A DNA stretch of 64,000 nucleotides from an uncultured virus (IMG/VR IMGVR_UViG_3300042880_000230) (IMGVR_UViG_3300042880_000230), one strand, 5' to 3'; counted from the stretch's first letter, positions 1-9,810 are shown. Notes: generated from the letters alone by a model not told the origin. A program made the numbers and translations.

Positions 1-409
1 GCTCGCCGCAGTCGTGCGGAAAAACCCGGAGGGCGGGAGTTGCCGGACGCCAGTTAGCGCGACAACCTCCAAGGTTTACCGTGTTCCAGTGCGGTGCCTT
101 AGCTAGTGTCTTGAAGAGGAAGTCGTGAAGCTGGCGGGAGTTGACGGGCACCGCATCGTCTTCCAGCACTAGCACACCTTCCGCATCCTCTGCCGCGGCC
201 ATAGCGATAGCCCTTCGGTGCGATGCCGCGCATGCTAGGTCGCAGAGCGCCACCCTCTGCGGTCCTTGAATGTTAGGGCTGATCTGTACTCCAGGGATGA
301 ACTCCAAGTCGAAGATTGCAGCTAGACCGCTAGCATCCCAGGCTTCGTCAAGGGCCTTGCGTCGATCAGCACGGTTAGGGAGGCTGATACAGAAAGCCTT
401 CAGCTTCAT
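1..409 (-). CDS. Glycosyltransferase family 25-like protein (partial, runs off the window)
   Basis: Hand translation from ATG at 409 (ATGA overlap with the upstream ORF): MKLKAFCISLPNRADRRKAL...CAASHRRAI...VLVLEDDA, typical GT25 motifs. Confidence 0.8.
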   Translation of the reverse strand, partial: MKLKAFCISLPNRADRRKALDEAWDASGLAAIFDLEFIPGVQISPNIQGPQRVALCDLACAASHRRAIAMAAAEDAEGVLVLEDDAVPVNSRQLHDFLFKTLAKAPHWNTVNLGGCRANWRPATPALRVFPHDCGE

Positions 410-1068
410 GGCAGCCAGTACGACGTTGCTGCCTGGGCGATAACAATTTCGAGATAACCGTTGACCGGGGCAGCGGTTGTGCGGTCGTACACAGGACCGT
501 CATCCATCGCCTTTACATGCAGGAACGACCCTGGGCCTGACACACCCTGGACAGTATCATAGCACCAAGTACCTAGCCTATTGTAGTAGGCGGGTTGCGG
601 CGCACCCTCCAAGCCTACGCACGCCCCCGGCAGCAGGCGCAAAGCGGTATTCAAATTCAGAGGCTCTGTTAGAGCGCCGCTAGTGATCTGCCACGCCAGC
701 ACATACGGCGTTCGATTGTACATCGCCAGCATCACAGGCGGGCGTGCCGCGCCTACAATCGTTTCGCCATCAGGGTCTAGCCCGGATAGGTTCCAGCCGC
801 CGTAGCACACCCAGTACCTGTGAGGATTTGTTGCGCTAGTAGTGAGCGGGTTTAGAGAAATCGTCAGCATGTTTCTCGACGTATCCAAGGCACCTGCCTG
901 GCAGTTGAGCGGCCAGAATTTGCCGCTAGCTACCCTGACTGTTCCTGGAAAGTTAGAAGGCTGCTTGCCTCCCGGCTCCGTCGAAATAGTGTAGGTGCCT
1001 GCGGCGCTAGGAATTGCGGGCGCTACGGTAACACCTGCGGCAATGCGGAAAAACGGCTGTAGATTCAT
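406..1068 (-). CDS. Hypothetical protein, possibly virion-associated
   Basis: 220 aa ORF with 4-nt overlaps to both neighbours in the head operon. Confidence 0.6.
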   Translation of the reverse strand: MNLQPFFRIAAGVTVAPAIPSAAGTYTISTEPGGKQPSNFPGTVRVASGKFWPLNCQAGALDTSRNMLTISLNPLTTSATNPHRYWVCYGGWNLSGLDPDGETIVGAARPPVMLAMYNRTPYVLAWQITSGALTEPLNLNTALRLLPGACVGLEGAPQPAYYNRLGTWCYDTVQGVSGPGSFLHVKAMDDGPVYDRTTAAPVNGYLEIVIAQAATSYWLP

Positions 1069-1865
1069 TGAGAAATGCGTGTTAGGGCTGCAAGGTCGAG
1101 GCTGCGTGCCTGGATGATAGCGTCAGGGTTGGCAGGCACTGCTACCAGACTGATCTCAAAGAGATAGGCTTTGCTGATCGTTCGACCGTCAGGCTCGTAG
1201 ACCCAGATTCCGCCGATAGATAGCGTCCGCAGAGACTTCTCCATGAGAGCGAACCTGGCATGCTTCATGTGCGGCGAGTTAGAAACCTGGCCTTGCACAA
1301 ACAAGCCGCGATCATCTTCCCTGACAATCGTGTAGTGTCCGGCGATGTTCTCCACCGACATCCGGTGGTCGATGAGCATCACCGGGTTGGCCATAAAATC
1401 ACGGATAGTAGAGCGGAACGCACCGACTTGGACGTTGTCACCCTGGCGGTCAGACGGTGTGATGTGCGCCCAGGTGCTAGCGTAACCTGCAAAGGTAACG
1501 TCCTGGTAGTCTACTACCTGCCCGGTCTTGTCGTCTTTGACCGCAACACCCTTCGCGTCCGTATCCAGGCACTGCCTGCGATTAGCTAGCTCGACGCGGC
1601 GGGACTCATGCGGAGTGTCTGTAATAGCCAGGGCGCAGGCATCTACCTCAATCTCGCAGCCTGTGACCGCAATCTTTCCGTCGATAGGAAGCCCGATGTT
1701 CACTAGCGCTTTGCCGTCTGCTACAGAGGCGACCACTCCTACTAGCTTTGTCTGCCCCGACATAAAGGAGACCGACCTGCCGACGCGCTCGTCAGCCGCA
1801 GGCGCTGCCTTGGGTTGGGGAGGTTTGACAGCCTTAGAGCTGACTGCGAAAACTTTGATAGCCAT
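1065..1865 (-). CDS. HK97-family prohead protease with N-terminal extension
   Basis: FAGYAST, DRQGD, MLIDH, DDRGLFV, LSIG, EISLVAVPANPDA motifs. Confidence 0.92.
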   Translation of the reverse strand: MAIKVFAVSSKAVKPPQPKAAPAADERVGRSVSFMSGQTKLVGVVASVADGKALVNIGLPIDGKIAVTGCEIEVDACALAITDTPHESRRVELANRRQCLDTDAKGVAVKDDKTGQVVDYQDVTFAGYASTWAHITPSDRQGDNVQVGAFRSTIRDFMANPVMLIDHRMSVENIAGHYTIVREDDRGLFVQGQVSNSPHMKHARFALMEKSLRTLSIGGIWVYEPDGRTISKAYLFEISLVAVPANPDAIIQARSLDLAALTRISQ

Positions 1866-1896
1866 TCCGCGACTGTGTACCCGCCGGGACGCTTTG

Positions 1897-2283
1897 TCAA
1901 TATGTGGAGGCGTCAGGAACTTCTAAAGGATAGAAAGAGCCTTCGATTCCACGGGCTAGCTCCTTCACCGCCTCTTCCGGCGTTGGGATATTTGCAAGGC
2001 TTGCACCTGCCCACTGTCTGCGAGCTAGCGCTAGCAGCACGGGGTACTGCTGCGCGGTTATGGAGTTAGGGAATGAGAGCGTGTCTAGCCAGTCCTGTTC
2101 TCCCCAGTTAATCTGCACCTCCTTGCGGATGTTCTGTAGGTCCAGCCTAAGGCTTCCGGTAGTGTACAGCACACACACGATGCCCGCATTCAGCCCGGAC
2201 CATTTCCCGTCTAGCTCCATGGTGCCTAGGTCTGTGCGAACGAGGAGGTTTCCGTAACTCGGCGAGGCGGCTAGGATTTTCAT
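1897..2283 (-). CDS. Hypothetical protein; candidate immunity partner of the MuF toxin
   Basis: 128 aa ORF overlapping the MuF fusion stop by 4 nt. Confidence 0.5.
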   Translation of the reverse strand: MKILAASPSYGNLLVRTDLGTMELDGKWSGLNAGIVCVLYTTGSLRLDLQNIRKEVQINWGEQDWLDTLSFPNSITAQQYPVLLALARRQWAGASLANIPTPEEAVKELARGIEGSFYPLEVPDASTY

Positions 2284-5207
2284 GGTCTGGACAGTTCGTA
2301 AAGCTCGTTAGCGTTCCTGACATCTACCTCTTCCGCCATCAGGTAATCGGTGGGCGCTTCCCATGCGTTAGCTTGGTCTGCCCGCCTGTGGATTAGCTGT
2401 AGCTGAGACGTGCTGAGGCGGTGTAGGTCTCCGTGGTACTTCGCCGGAAGGCCGCTCATGGCTGCGCTGACTTCGTTCTCGCTGTCGCCTGCAAACATGC
2501 CGCCTATGCTTTTACTCCACTCATTTGGACGCCCTAGCGCGTAGTGCATATTGATTCGGCAGTACGGCACAGCGCGTTCTGTTAGCTCACGGCCCTTAAC
2601 TCCGATAGCCCAGTTAGGCGAAGACGACTCGTTAGCCCCTAGCAGAGTGTCCTGATACACCCCTCCGGCTACCGGGGCAGGGTCTCTAAGGATCAAAGGC
2701 AGCACCGTCTTGTCTTCCGTTCGGAATAGCCGCAGGCATTTCCTAGTCCTGTCAGACCACTGCATGTCCACCCGCTCAAGGAACGCCTGATTCAGAGCCT
2801 GCTGCGACAGGAGAAGCATGTCAGTCTGATCTCTTGTTAGCGGCGAAATTGGCTGCTTGTCGTTAAGCATAGCCGCCTGCCCTACCCTTGTTATTTCCGT
2901 CCAGTCATTAGCAGCGACACGTCCGTTGTAGTCGAACATCTCTACCTCAGCGCCCACAAATTTCCGCTCCGTTAGCCAGCGCTTGAACATAGAAGCTCCT
3001 TTAGCCCACGACGATCCTGCCTGCTCTTGCGCCCAGCGTGTACTCCAATCCATGATTTCGATAATCTTGTCGTCCGATCCTAGCAGACGGCTCCCCATCT
3101 CCTTTGCCCATGCAGCGTATGCGCTAGTGCTAGGGTCGGAAGACCGCAGTTCATCCCAGTCCTTGCCGTTTTCGTCAGTCATCCGCACGACATTAGACGG
3201 CGAGTTAGGACGTAGCCTCGTAGGCAGTTTGTCTAGCACACCCTTCTCGTCAAGCACCGCAATCTCGTGGCTAACGTCGTCGTAGAAGGTTTCCCGTATC
3301 CCGTGGTACTCGTAGTGCATCCCTCGGTTAGCGAACCGCTTCATGTGCTGCGCACGCTTCCGCATCGTAGCCGCTAGGGTTCGATCAGGGATGAGGCGGG
3401 AGAGCGCGTGGAAGTCTGTGTCTTTAATAGCGCGGTGCATTCTGTACGCGCCTAGCCCGCCGAATACGCTATGCGCGTCCCTGTTTACTACTCCGGTAAG
3501 GGTTGGACGGTTCCGCATCGTCCACAATTCGCTAACGCTTTTATCGGATAGCACCTTCGCATCGCCTCGCGCACGCCAGCGCAAGGCACCTCCGTTATCG
3601 ACACGATAGGGAACGCCGCCTGCGACCAAGATGTTATCCGCTCCTGTGCCGATCACGTCCCAGTTAGCCATCCATGCGTCAACGTGGAAGCCTTTATGAA
3701 TCTCAGCGATCACAGCCTTGTACTCTGCGGAACTTTCGCCTAGCCGCTGCCGCATGCTTTGCAAAGTCTCCGCGCCGTCGATGAACTTGGATAGCTTAAC
3801 TGCCGCCCCGTCTGCGCGTGTGTACAGTTGGCTAGCAGGTACAGGCACAGATGCCGCCCGGTAAATCTTGTCGGCAGTCCCTTCGTCTGTTAGCTGCCCG
3901 ATACGTTCGGCAGTCGAAGCTCGCTTCATCACATAGCGTGTTCCTGTTGCCTTGTCCCTCACTAGCCGCGCCCCGGTTGTACCGCCAGCGCTGCCAAGGT
4001 CTTCAAACTCGTCCTCAATCGTAGAGCCTTCGACGTGGTATGGGAAGCCGTCTGCTTGGCGAGGGGTGTAGGTAGGCGCTGGAGGCGGCGGAGGAGGCGC
4101 TGGCGGGCGCACAGGCGCGGGAGGAGGCGCGGGCGGCGGTGTAGGCGCAGGCGGGGGCGTCCCGCCCTGAGGGCCAGACGGCGGGCGCTCGTTTACGACG
4201 GCAGGGACAGGCTTGCCGCGATCCTCCCACGTTCCGATCCCCTGCCCTTCCCGCAGAGGCAGGTCGGGCGTCTGCCCTAGCTGAGTCTTGAAGCCTGACG
4301 CAATAATCGCTCCCGTGTGGTTGATGTGGAAGCGCAGGCTGCTGGAGTATTCGATAGGGACGTTCTTAATGTTGCAGGTAGGTACGCCGCGAAAGGTTGG
4401 GCTGTTAGGTTCTACAGCTTCGCACCCCGTCACACTGATATGTGTTACGACACCGCTGTCTCGCATGGACCGGAGCGTGCCTGCGTCCGCCGCACGCCCT
4501 AACTCTGTGCGGACAATGGTCGGCACTCTGTTAGTGGCGATCTGCGGAATACGCTTGCGCACCTGCTCCATCACTTCATACGGCGACGACCCGTCTTCGA
4601 TCCCCTTAACGATAGTCTCTCGCAGACGCTGGCGGGTTGTGTCATTTATGTTAGTGACTAGCGAAGCCATCTCGTCGATGTCCGCTTGCAACACTCGGGC
4701 GCTTCCCGGACGCAGCCCAGCCCCTAGCACATCCCTGGTCTTCGACGCTACGGCATCCGCTACAGACTGCATGGGAGACCTAGCAGTTTGCTTGACTTCG
4801 ATGTCGGCGTCCTCGTTCTCCAGAACGTAAGCCAGCGCCTCCGCCCACAGAGCGCTGTGCTGGCCTGCCGGAATGTTTACGGCAGGAGCCTTTACACCGA
4901 ACACCCCTCCGTACCCTAGCGCACCGGGGTAGCTCCTCTGGACACGTTTTGCAAAGTCTGCAATAACGTCTTCGACCTGACGCTTCATCAGGGCTGTTAG
5001 CGATTTGCTGAATGTGCGAGAGGCTTTAAGGAAGGCCGAGTTGCGAATCTTGACCAAGTCAGCAGTCAGACGGCGGGCCGCTGTGCCTGTGAACGCCTCC
5101 ATTGTCCAGCCGCCTTCCGGCACTCTGCTAGCCTTGTACGCCGCAAAGAGCGCAGCCTGAGACGGGTAGCGCACCTTGGCTCCTGCTGTCTTGCGGATTG
5201 GGGGCAT
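2280..5207 (-). CDS. MuF-like minor head protein fused to a Pro-rich linker, a PI3/4-kinase/HipA-like domain and a putative ADP-ribosyltransferase domain
   Basis: Follows portal; INDTTRQRLR...IVRTE (MuF); GGTTGA..YVMK..E..NWD..DNI..VDNG (kinase fold); RLFRTE..ESSS..SENEV (R-S-E ART pattern). Confidence 0.8.
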   Translation of the reverse strand: MPPIRKTAGAKVRYPSQAALFAAYKASRVPEGGWTMEAFTGTAARRLTADLVKIRNSAFLKASRTFSKSLTALMKRQVEDVIADFAKRVQRSYPGALGYGGVFGVKAPAVNIPAGQHSALWAEALAYVLENEDADIEVKQTARSPMQSVADAVASKTRDVLGAGLRPGSARVLQADIDEMASLVTNINDTTRQRLRETIVKGIEDGSSPYEVMEQVRKRIPQIATNRVPTIVRTELGRAADAGTLRSMRDSGVVTHISVTGCEAVEPNSPTFRGVPTCNIKNVPIEYSSSLRFHINHTGAIIASGFKTQLGQTPDLPLREGQGIGTWEDRGKPVPAVVNERPPSGPQGGTPPPAPTPPPAPPPAPVRPPAPPPPPPAPTYTPRQADGFPYHVEGSTIEDEFEDLGSAGGTTGARLVRDKATGTRYVMKRASTAERIGQLTDEGTADKIYRAASVPVPASQLYTRADGAAVKLSKFIDGAETLQSMRQRLGESSAEYKAVIAEIHKGFHVDAWMANWDVIGTGADNILVAGGVPYRVDNGGALRWRARGDAKVLSDKSVSELWTMRNRPTLTGVVNRDAHSVFGGLGAYRMHRAIKDTDFHALSRLIPDRTLAATMRKRAQHMKRFANRGMHYEYHGIRETFYDDVSHEIAVLDEKGVLDKLPTRLRPNSPSNVVRMTDENGKDWDELRSSDPSTSAYAAWAKEMGSRLLGSDDKIIEIMDWSTRWAQEQAGSSWAKGASMFKRWLTERKFVGAEVEMFDYNGRVAANDWTEITRVGQAAMLNDKQPISPLTRDQTDMLLLSQQALNQAFLERVDMQWSDRTRKCLRLFRTEDKTVLPLILRDPAPVAGGVYQDTLLGANESSSPNWAIGVKGRELTERAVPYCRINMHYALGRPNEWSKSIGGMFAGDSENEVSAAMSGLPAKYHGDLHRLSTSQLQLIHRRADQANAWEAPTDYLMAEEVDVRNANELYELSRP

Positions 5208-5210
5208 GGA

Positions 5211-6515
5211 TCAGGCGTTAGGGTCTGACTGGCCGGAAGACGGGTCCATAAGCGATCCGCCAGACATGCCTGACAGTTCCAGCGGCACGCGGTTGTTAGC
5301 GGCGTAGTGGGCGTCGAGGAGCGGGTCTTCGCTGCGTGATAGACCTACCTGCTCACGCAGTTCGTTCAGCGACATAGCGCCTAGCTCCACTAGCGGACGG
5401 AAGTCTTTCACCACCTGCTCAATGTCGAGCAGCCCTGACATGTTGAACTTTACGCGCAGGTCGGGATTGAAGGATTGCGCTAGCCCGCCTGCCCCGTTGA
5501 GCTTGCCCGCGATAAGTGCTAGCATAGGGGCGCAGGTGTAGCGCCTGAAATTCATATCTTCGACCCGCGCCGTAGCGTAGTTGCTAGCAGCAGACAATCC
5601 GGCAACAGATAGCGGGACGCCGTGCGCAGCGAAAACCTGCTCAATAGCCCACCGCTCCTTCTCAATCGACTGCATCTCCTGGTGCGTCATGCCTAGCCGA
5701 GTGAACGCCCAGTCTCCTGTAAGGAAGGCCACCTTGCCTGCGTTAGAGCGTCCGGCGTACTCCGCATTGAACCTAGCCTTGAACGCCCGCCACTGATCCT
5801 CGTCCTCGTAGGACTCGCCTTTACGCGACAGGATACCTGACGGCTGCGCACCGTTAGACAGGAACTGCTCTTCCAGCGCTCCCCGATTGATGTAGGCGTT
5901 GAACAGGGAACTGCTAGCCTCTACGTCTCCAAGGCCGAGAACAAAGTTGCTAGGATGCGGACGACGGAAGTGGATGATCTCTTCCGGGAAATACGTTATC
6001 TCGCTCCCGTTCACATTGTACTTGTACTCCTTGATCTTCGTTACCTTGTCAGGCACGATCTTCATGTTAGCGGTCAGCAGCGGGTAGAGCGCCTTCGGCT
6101 GGCCGCGCCCCGACATCTCGTCCTTGAGCCAATACGCATTGCCCGTCACCTTCAGATTGAACGCCGTGTGGTAGACTAGCTCTTCCCACGAATCGTATGG
6201 GTTGGGCATAGCTAGAAGCGCCCCAAGCGGGTTGCCGTCCGGGACAGTCTTCTTGCTAGCACTAACGATAGACAGTTCTGAAGAAGAGACGACGTTAGAC
6301 GTTAGGTCCGAGGCGCGGAACGTAGCCCACACTCTTCCGGTGCTTGCTCCGATGTAGCTCTCGTAATCTGTTAGCTTGGTTATCGCTACGCCCGTCCGCT
6401 GCTCAATGAACTCGCGGGCCTTAGTGTCTAGCTGGAGCAGGTGCGACATAGCGCGTTCCCGCTCTTCGTTTTCACGGATTCGCGCAGCGTCTTTCTTTCG
6501 GTTCCAGAATGCCAT
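5211..6515 (-). CDS. Portal protein, HK97 family
   Basis: PNPY, GNAYW, EIIHFR, NGAQPSGIL, NAGK, GVP, NELRE motifs. Confidence 0.95.
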   Translation of the reverse strand: MAFWNRKKDAARIRENEERERAMSHLLQLDTKAREFIEQRTGVAITKLTDYESYIGASTGRVWATFRASDLTSNVVSSSELSIVSASKKTVPDGNPLGALLAMPNPYDSWEELVYHTAFNLKVTGNAYWLKDEMSGRGQPKALYPLLTANMKIVPDKVTKIKEYKYNVNGSEITYFPEEIIHFRRPHPSNFVLGLGDVEASSSLFNAYINRGALEEQFLSNGAQPSGILSRKGESYEDEDQWRAFKARFNAEYAGRSNAGKVAFLTGDWAFTRLGMTHQEMQSIEKERWAIEQVFAAHGVPLSVAGLSAASNYATARVEDMNFRRYTCAPMLALIAGKLNGAGGLAQSFNPDLRVKFNMSGLLDIEQVVKDFRPLVELGAMSLNELREQVGLSRSEDPLLDAHYAANNRVPLELSGMSGGSLMDPSSGQSDPNA

Positions 6516-6518
6516 AGG

Positions 6519-7139
6519 TTAGGGAGATTTGAGCTTGGGTGCTTTTTCGCAGGCGATGCACCTGCCAGTCATGAGGTACACCTTGCCGTCTCCGCTAGGC
6601 CAGACGGCTAGTTTTGCAAGCCGTGCAACGTCCTCGGCATACATGTCGAGGATAGCCGCCCGCACTGTATCGGACAGGACCGGGGAGCGGTAGGCGTAGG
6701 GATTGCCGACAATGAACTTGCGCCCTGTGTCAGGCTCTGCGCCGACGAATGCCTGGAACGACGTTAGCGGAAGCACGACGTTGATCTTCGCCCCTAGCCA
6801 CCTTGCCTGCGGCCACAGGTCTCGCCTATCGTCCGGGAAGCCTGACGCTAGCACATCCAGGGTTTCGCGGGCCAGGCTGTCATCCGCAGGCATATCAGAC
6901 TCCGTCCCTCCGGCCTGCCGCCAGGCGTTTCGTATGGCAGACACGAAACGCTCCACAGGGTCTCGCACGGTCACTAGGGTTGTTCTGTTAGCCCACAATT
7001 CGGGGTGAGCCTTGCGGACTTCCTGCGGAGTAGCGTGGGCTGGCACGCCCGCAACGGCGCTAGCGCCTAGGTATCGACCGAGACAGCCGACACCCGTGCG
7101 CGGGTTAGCTAGCAGTGCGAAGCGATCCGAGACGAACAT
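6519..7139 (-). CDS. Sulfotransferase family 2-like protein
   Basis: NPRTG (5'-PSB-like), VRDPVERFVSA (3'-PB) and WPQ motifs. Confidence 0.65.
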   Translation of the reverse strand: MFVSDRFALLANPRTGVGCLGRYLGASAVAGVPAHATPQEVRKAHPELWANRTTLVTVRDPVERFVSAIRNAWRQAGGTESDMPADDSLARETLDVLASGFPDDRRDLWPQARWLGAKINVVLPLTSFQAFVGAEPDTGRKFIVGNPYAYRSPVLSDTVRAAILDMYAEDVARLAKLAVWPSGDGKVYLMTGRCIACEKAPKLKSP

Positions 7140-7170
7140 GCCAGACCTTTACGCCACGGCCCTGCCCGCG

Positions 7171-7452
7171 TCAAGGTTCCACAACCGCTAGCACCTCCTT
7201 CGCCTTCAGCACGACATACTGACGGCCTGCGGCATGGTACTCTGTGCCTTTATGCGCTGGCACGACGACAGCGACACCTAGGCGGATAGGTGCCGGAACG
7301 TCCGGCCCTACACCGCAGACCTCTCCGGTCACGGCTTCGTTAGCTTTCTGCGAGCGGCAGACCTCCGGCAGGACGATGCCGCTAGCAGTGCGCTCTTCTT
7401 TCCTGTCGAGGATGACGAGTACGTTAGTGAATGTGGGGTGGAGTTGTGCCAT
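7171..7452 (-). CDS. groES: Co-chaperonin GroES-like protein
   Basis: LHP..VLV, EERTASGIVLP, GEVCGVGP, EVLAVV; 93 aa. Confidence 0.9.
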   Translation of the reverse strand: MAQLHPTFTNVLVILDRKEERTASGIVLPEVCRSQKANEAVTGEVCGVGPDVPAPIRLGVAVVVPAHKGTEYHAAGRQYVVLKAKEVLAVVEP

Positions 7453-7583
7453 GCCTGACCTTTACACGGGAGGAAAGATTTGTCACCTAATTATTTGACA
7501 GGCGAATCTCTAATGCTATCTGATTCGCACACCCGCCGGGACTTGCGCAAGCTCCGATGCGGAGGCTACCGGAAGCCAACGAA

Positions 7584-7632
7584 GCAAGCCGCTGCCTGAC
7601 AGGTAAAGATCACCCTGTCAGGGGCGGCTTGC
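7584..7632. terminator. Long GC-rich hairpin (terminator or part of a small RNA)
   Basis: GCAAGCCGC..CCTGACAGG pairs with CCTGTCAGG.GCGGCTTGC, just past the 7654 stop. Confidence 0.55.
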
Positions 7633-7653
7633 AGCGTGTTAGGAGTTTAGACG

Positions 7654-8094
7654 TTAGGCGACTGGGACGATGCGGACGGTCCCCTTCCGTAGCTCTGTCT
7701 CAGCCATACGGATGAAGTCGTGGATATTGTAGCGGCGGCGAACTTCCTCCACGCTGACCTTCCGGTGGTGCGCGATGAACTCCCATGGGTCCGAGAACAC
7801 CCGCACGCGGTCGGGAGGGAGGGTGTGGATGCCTGGCGAGGTGTGGACGCCTACGTTGGCGCGGAACGCGGCAGCGCCCGCGCACTGCCCGCAGCGCGAA
7901 GGGCTTTGCTGCTTGGCTCCTACGCCTGGCTCGTAGAGCGCGTGGCACGGTAGCCACATGGACGCCAGCGCCTGCCCGATGAATACCTCGGGAGGGCTAC
8001 CGCCCAGCGCTCCGGGCGTGACGCTTCGCGAAAACGGGCACCCCCCGCACGGATGCGAGGGGTGCTTTGGACTTTGTGCTAGTGGGTTGCTCAT
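7654..8094 (-). CDS. Hypothetical Cys/His-rich phage protein
   Basis: PCGGCPF, PCH, QCAGA motifs. Confidence 0.65.
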   Translation of the reverse strand: MSNPLAQSPKHPSHPCGGCPFSRSVTPGALGGSPPEVFIGQALASMWLPCHALYEPGVGAKQQSPSRCGQCAGAAAFRANVGVHTSPGIHTLPPDRVRVFSDPWEFIAHHRKVSVEEVRRRYNIHDFIRMAETELRKGTVRIVPVA

Positions 8095-8101
8095 GGGAAT
8101 G

Positions 8102-9268
8102 TTAGGCGGCGATCACTTCCGGCTTGAACGGGCGGGCCAGCACCGTCTGCTTGACGCCCCGGAACTCGCTGTGGTCCTTGACGGTCGCTTTGAATTTGAC
8201 GGTGTCGCCGATCTTTCCGGGAAGGTTGTTGGCGACTAGCGTATTTCCGTCGGCGGTCAGTAGGATGACCTTCTCGGTATAGCCGAACTGGGTGGAGTAT
8301 CCGAAACGGTTAGTCACCACCCCTTCAAACACCGCCCGCTCGCCGACGGTGCCGACGTAGTTGCTAGCCGCTGCCTGCTTCGCTTTCACCGCCTGACTCC
8401 GCGCCCGGTTGACGGCGGCGATGAGGGAGACGCCTACCCCGAAGGTCTTGCTAGTGACGTACCCTGACCGAACCACGGTGAGGAGGTTGTGGATGTACTC
8501 GCCCCCGTCGTCGGGGATTGCCAGGGCTTCGGCGATGAAGGCGTCGGCGGTCTCCTCCTCCTCTTCGGTGGGGTGGATGCCTGCGTGGAGAAGCTCCCAC
8601 GCCCCGTCCTTCGTGCTGCGAATGCCGCAATCTTCTGCGCGAGAGCGGGAAACGTACTGCCCGCCGTCCGCCTTAAGAGCTAGGGCGACCGCCTTCGTCA
8701 GGCTGTAGGCGTCGACCGCGCCGCCCTCATGCGTCCGCTCCTCGCGGTCCCCGTAGTCCCGCAGGAACTCGGAGAGGGTGGCGAAATGCTCGAACACCTT
8801 CGCCAGGTTCTCCGCCGTGTCGGCGGTGGTGAAGTGGCGGAGGCAGGACCGCCCGACCTGCTTCACCTGCCCCGCTTCGGAGCGGAGGAGGAAGGTGTCG
8901 GAGCGGCGGCGGTTCGTGGCGCAATGCTCGCACTCAATCGGAGCGGAGCGGAACCGGGCGGGCACCTCGCCCCCGGTTCCAAGAATGATGTTGCCGCCGT
9001 CGTGCGGGGTGAGGCGGGCGAGGAAGCTCCACCCCTTTACCATCACTTTCTCCTCCGCCCCCGTGATTTCCAGGTCGTGGACTTCGGCGGTAACGGTGCG
9101 GGAGGTGCTATGGTAGCCGTCCCCCGTGTAGGTGTGGACCTTCACCTGCTCCATGCGGGAGGCAGTGATGGTATAGGCGGGGATGGCGACCCCCAGCCGC
9201 TTCGCCTTCCGCTGGAGGGTAGCGAAGGCGGCGTCGAAGGCGGAAATGGAGCGGACGGTGATTTTCAT
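8102..9268 (-). CDS. Hypothetical early protein with Zn-ribbon and C-terminal OB-fold-like region
   Basis: CEHC..RRR..VGRSC; C-terminal KATVKDHSEFRGVKQT; directly behind a promoter cassette. Confidence 0.75.
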   Translation of the reverse strand: MKITVRSISAFDAAFATLQRKAKRLGVAIPAYTITASRMEQVKVHTYTGDGYHSTSRTVTAEVHDLEITGAEEKVMVKGWSFLARLTPHDGGNIILGTGGEVPARFRSAPIECEHCATNRRRSDTFLLRSEAGQVKQVGRSCLRHFTTADTAENLAKVFEHFATLSEFLRDYGDREERTHEGGAVDAYSLTKAVALALKADGGQYVSRSRAEDCGIRSTKDGAWELLHAGIHPTEEEEETADAFIAEALAIPDDGGEYIHNLLTVVRSGYVTSKTFGVGVSLIAAVNRARSQAVKAKQAAASNYVGTVGERAVFEGVVTNRFGYSTQFGYTEKVILLTADGNTLVANNLPGKIGDTVKFKATVKDHSEFRGVKQTVLARPFKPEVIAA

Positions 9269-9319
9269 GTTAGTGCGGTATATTAGATTTCTGGTTCGTC
9301 GCGGCGTGGTTCGTGCGAC

Positions 9320-9410
9320 TCCCTTTCAATACATCAGGCAAATAGATTTGCAAACGGTTTTTTGCACATTTTGCAAATTCTCTTTTTAGGTACGCATCCG
9401 CGTAGAATAT
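9320..9410 (-). promoter_or_regulatory. Repeated early-promoter cassette, copy 1
   Basis: Minus strand TTGCAA-N16-TATTGA; TGCA-N5-TGCA at 9363; TACGCATCCGCGTA at 9391. Confidence 0.75.
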
Positions 9411-9428
9411 GTTAGTGCTGCGGGCAGC

Positions 9429-9457
9429 AAAAAGCCCGCCCCCTTTCGAGGGCGGGC
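9429..9457 (-). terminator. Intrinsic terminator
   Basis: Minus strand GCCCGCCC-TCGAAAGG-GGGCGGGC followed by TTTTT. Confidence 0.8.
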
Positions 9458-9474
9458 CGCTAGTGCAGAAGATG

Positions 9475-9810
9475 TTAGCGCCAGTAGCGCTCCTCGTCCG
9501 CCTGACGTTCCGCTAGCACATAGTCCGCTTCGTTGCGGAGGTAGGCGGCGGAACCGTAAGCGGCGTAGGTTTCGGACCAGTATGTCAGGTCGATCACCCC
9601 CGCTGCCTTTACCCGCTTCGCCAGGCGCTCCGCTACTGGCTGCGGGAACTGTCCGCGCACCCACCGGGAACCGTCCGCCCCCTCGGCGGTGACGACGTGA
9701 ACGTCACGGTAAATCGCCCCGTCAGGGTTGCCCATGTCCGCCCACTCCGAGTCAAACCCGATGATGCCCGTTTCGACTCGGACTTGGCAATTTACGATTG
9801 GCTGTTTCAT
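9475..9810 (-). CDS. Hypothetical protein
   Basis: 111 aa ORF, CTAACAC before ATG, followed by a terminator. Confidence 0.7.
   Translation of the reverse strand: MKQPIVNCQVRVETGIIGFDSEWADMGNPDGAIYRDVHVVTAEGADGSRWVRGQFPQPVAERLAKRVKAAGVIDLTYWSETYAAYGSAAYLRNEADYVLAERQADEERYWR

Noticed and set aside
4070..4190. G-rich stretch as a regulatory or G-quadruplex element
   Set aside because: Explained by the Pro-rich linker coded on the minus strand.
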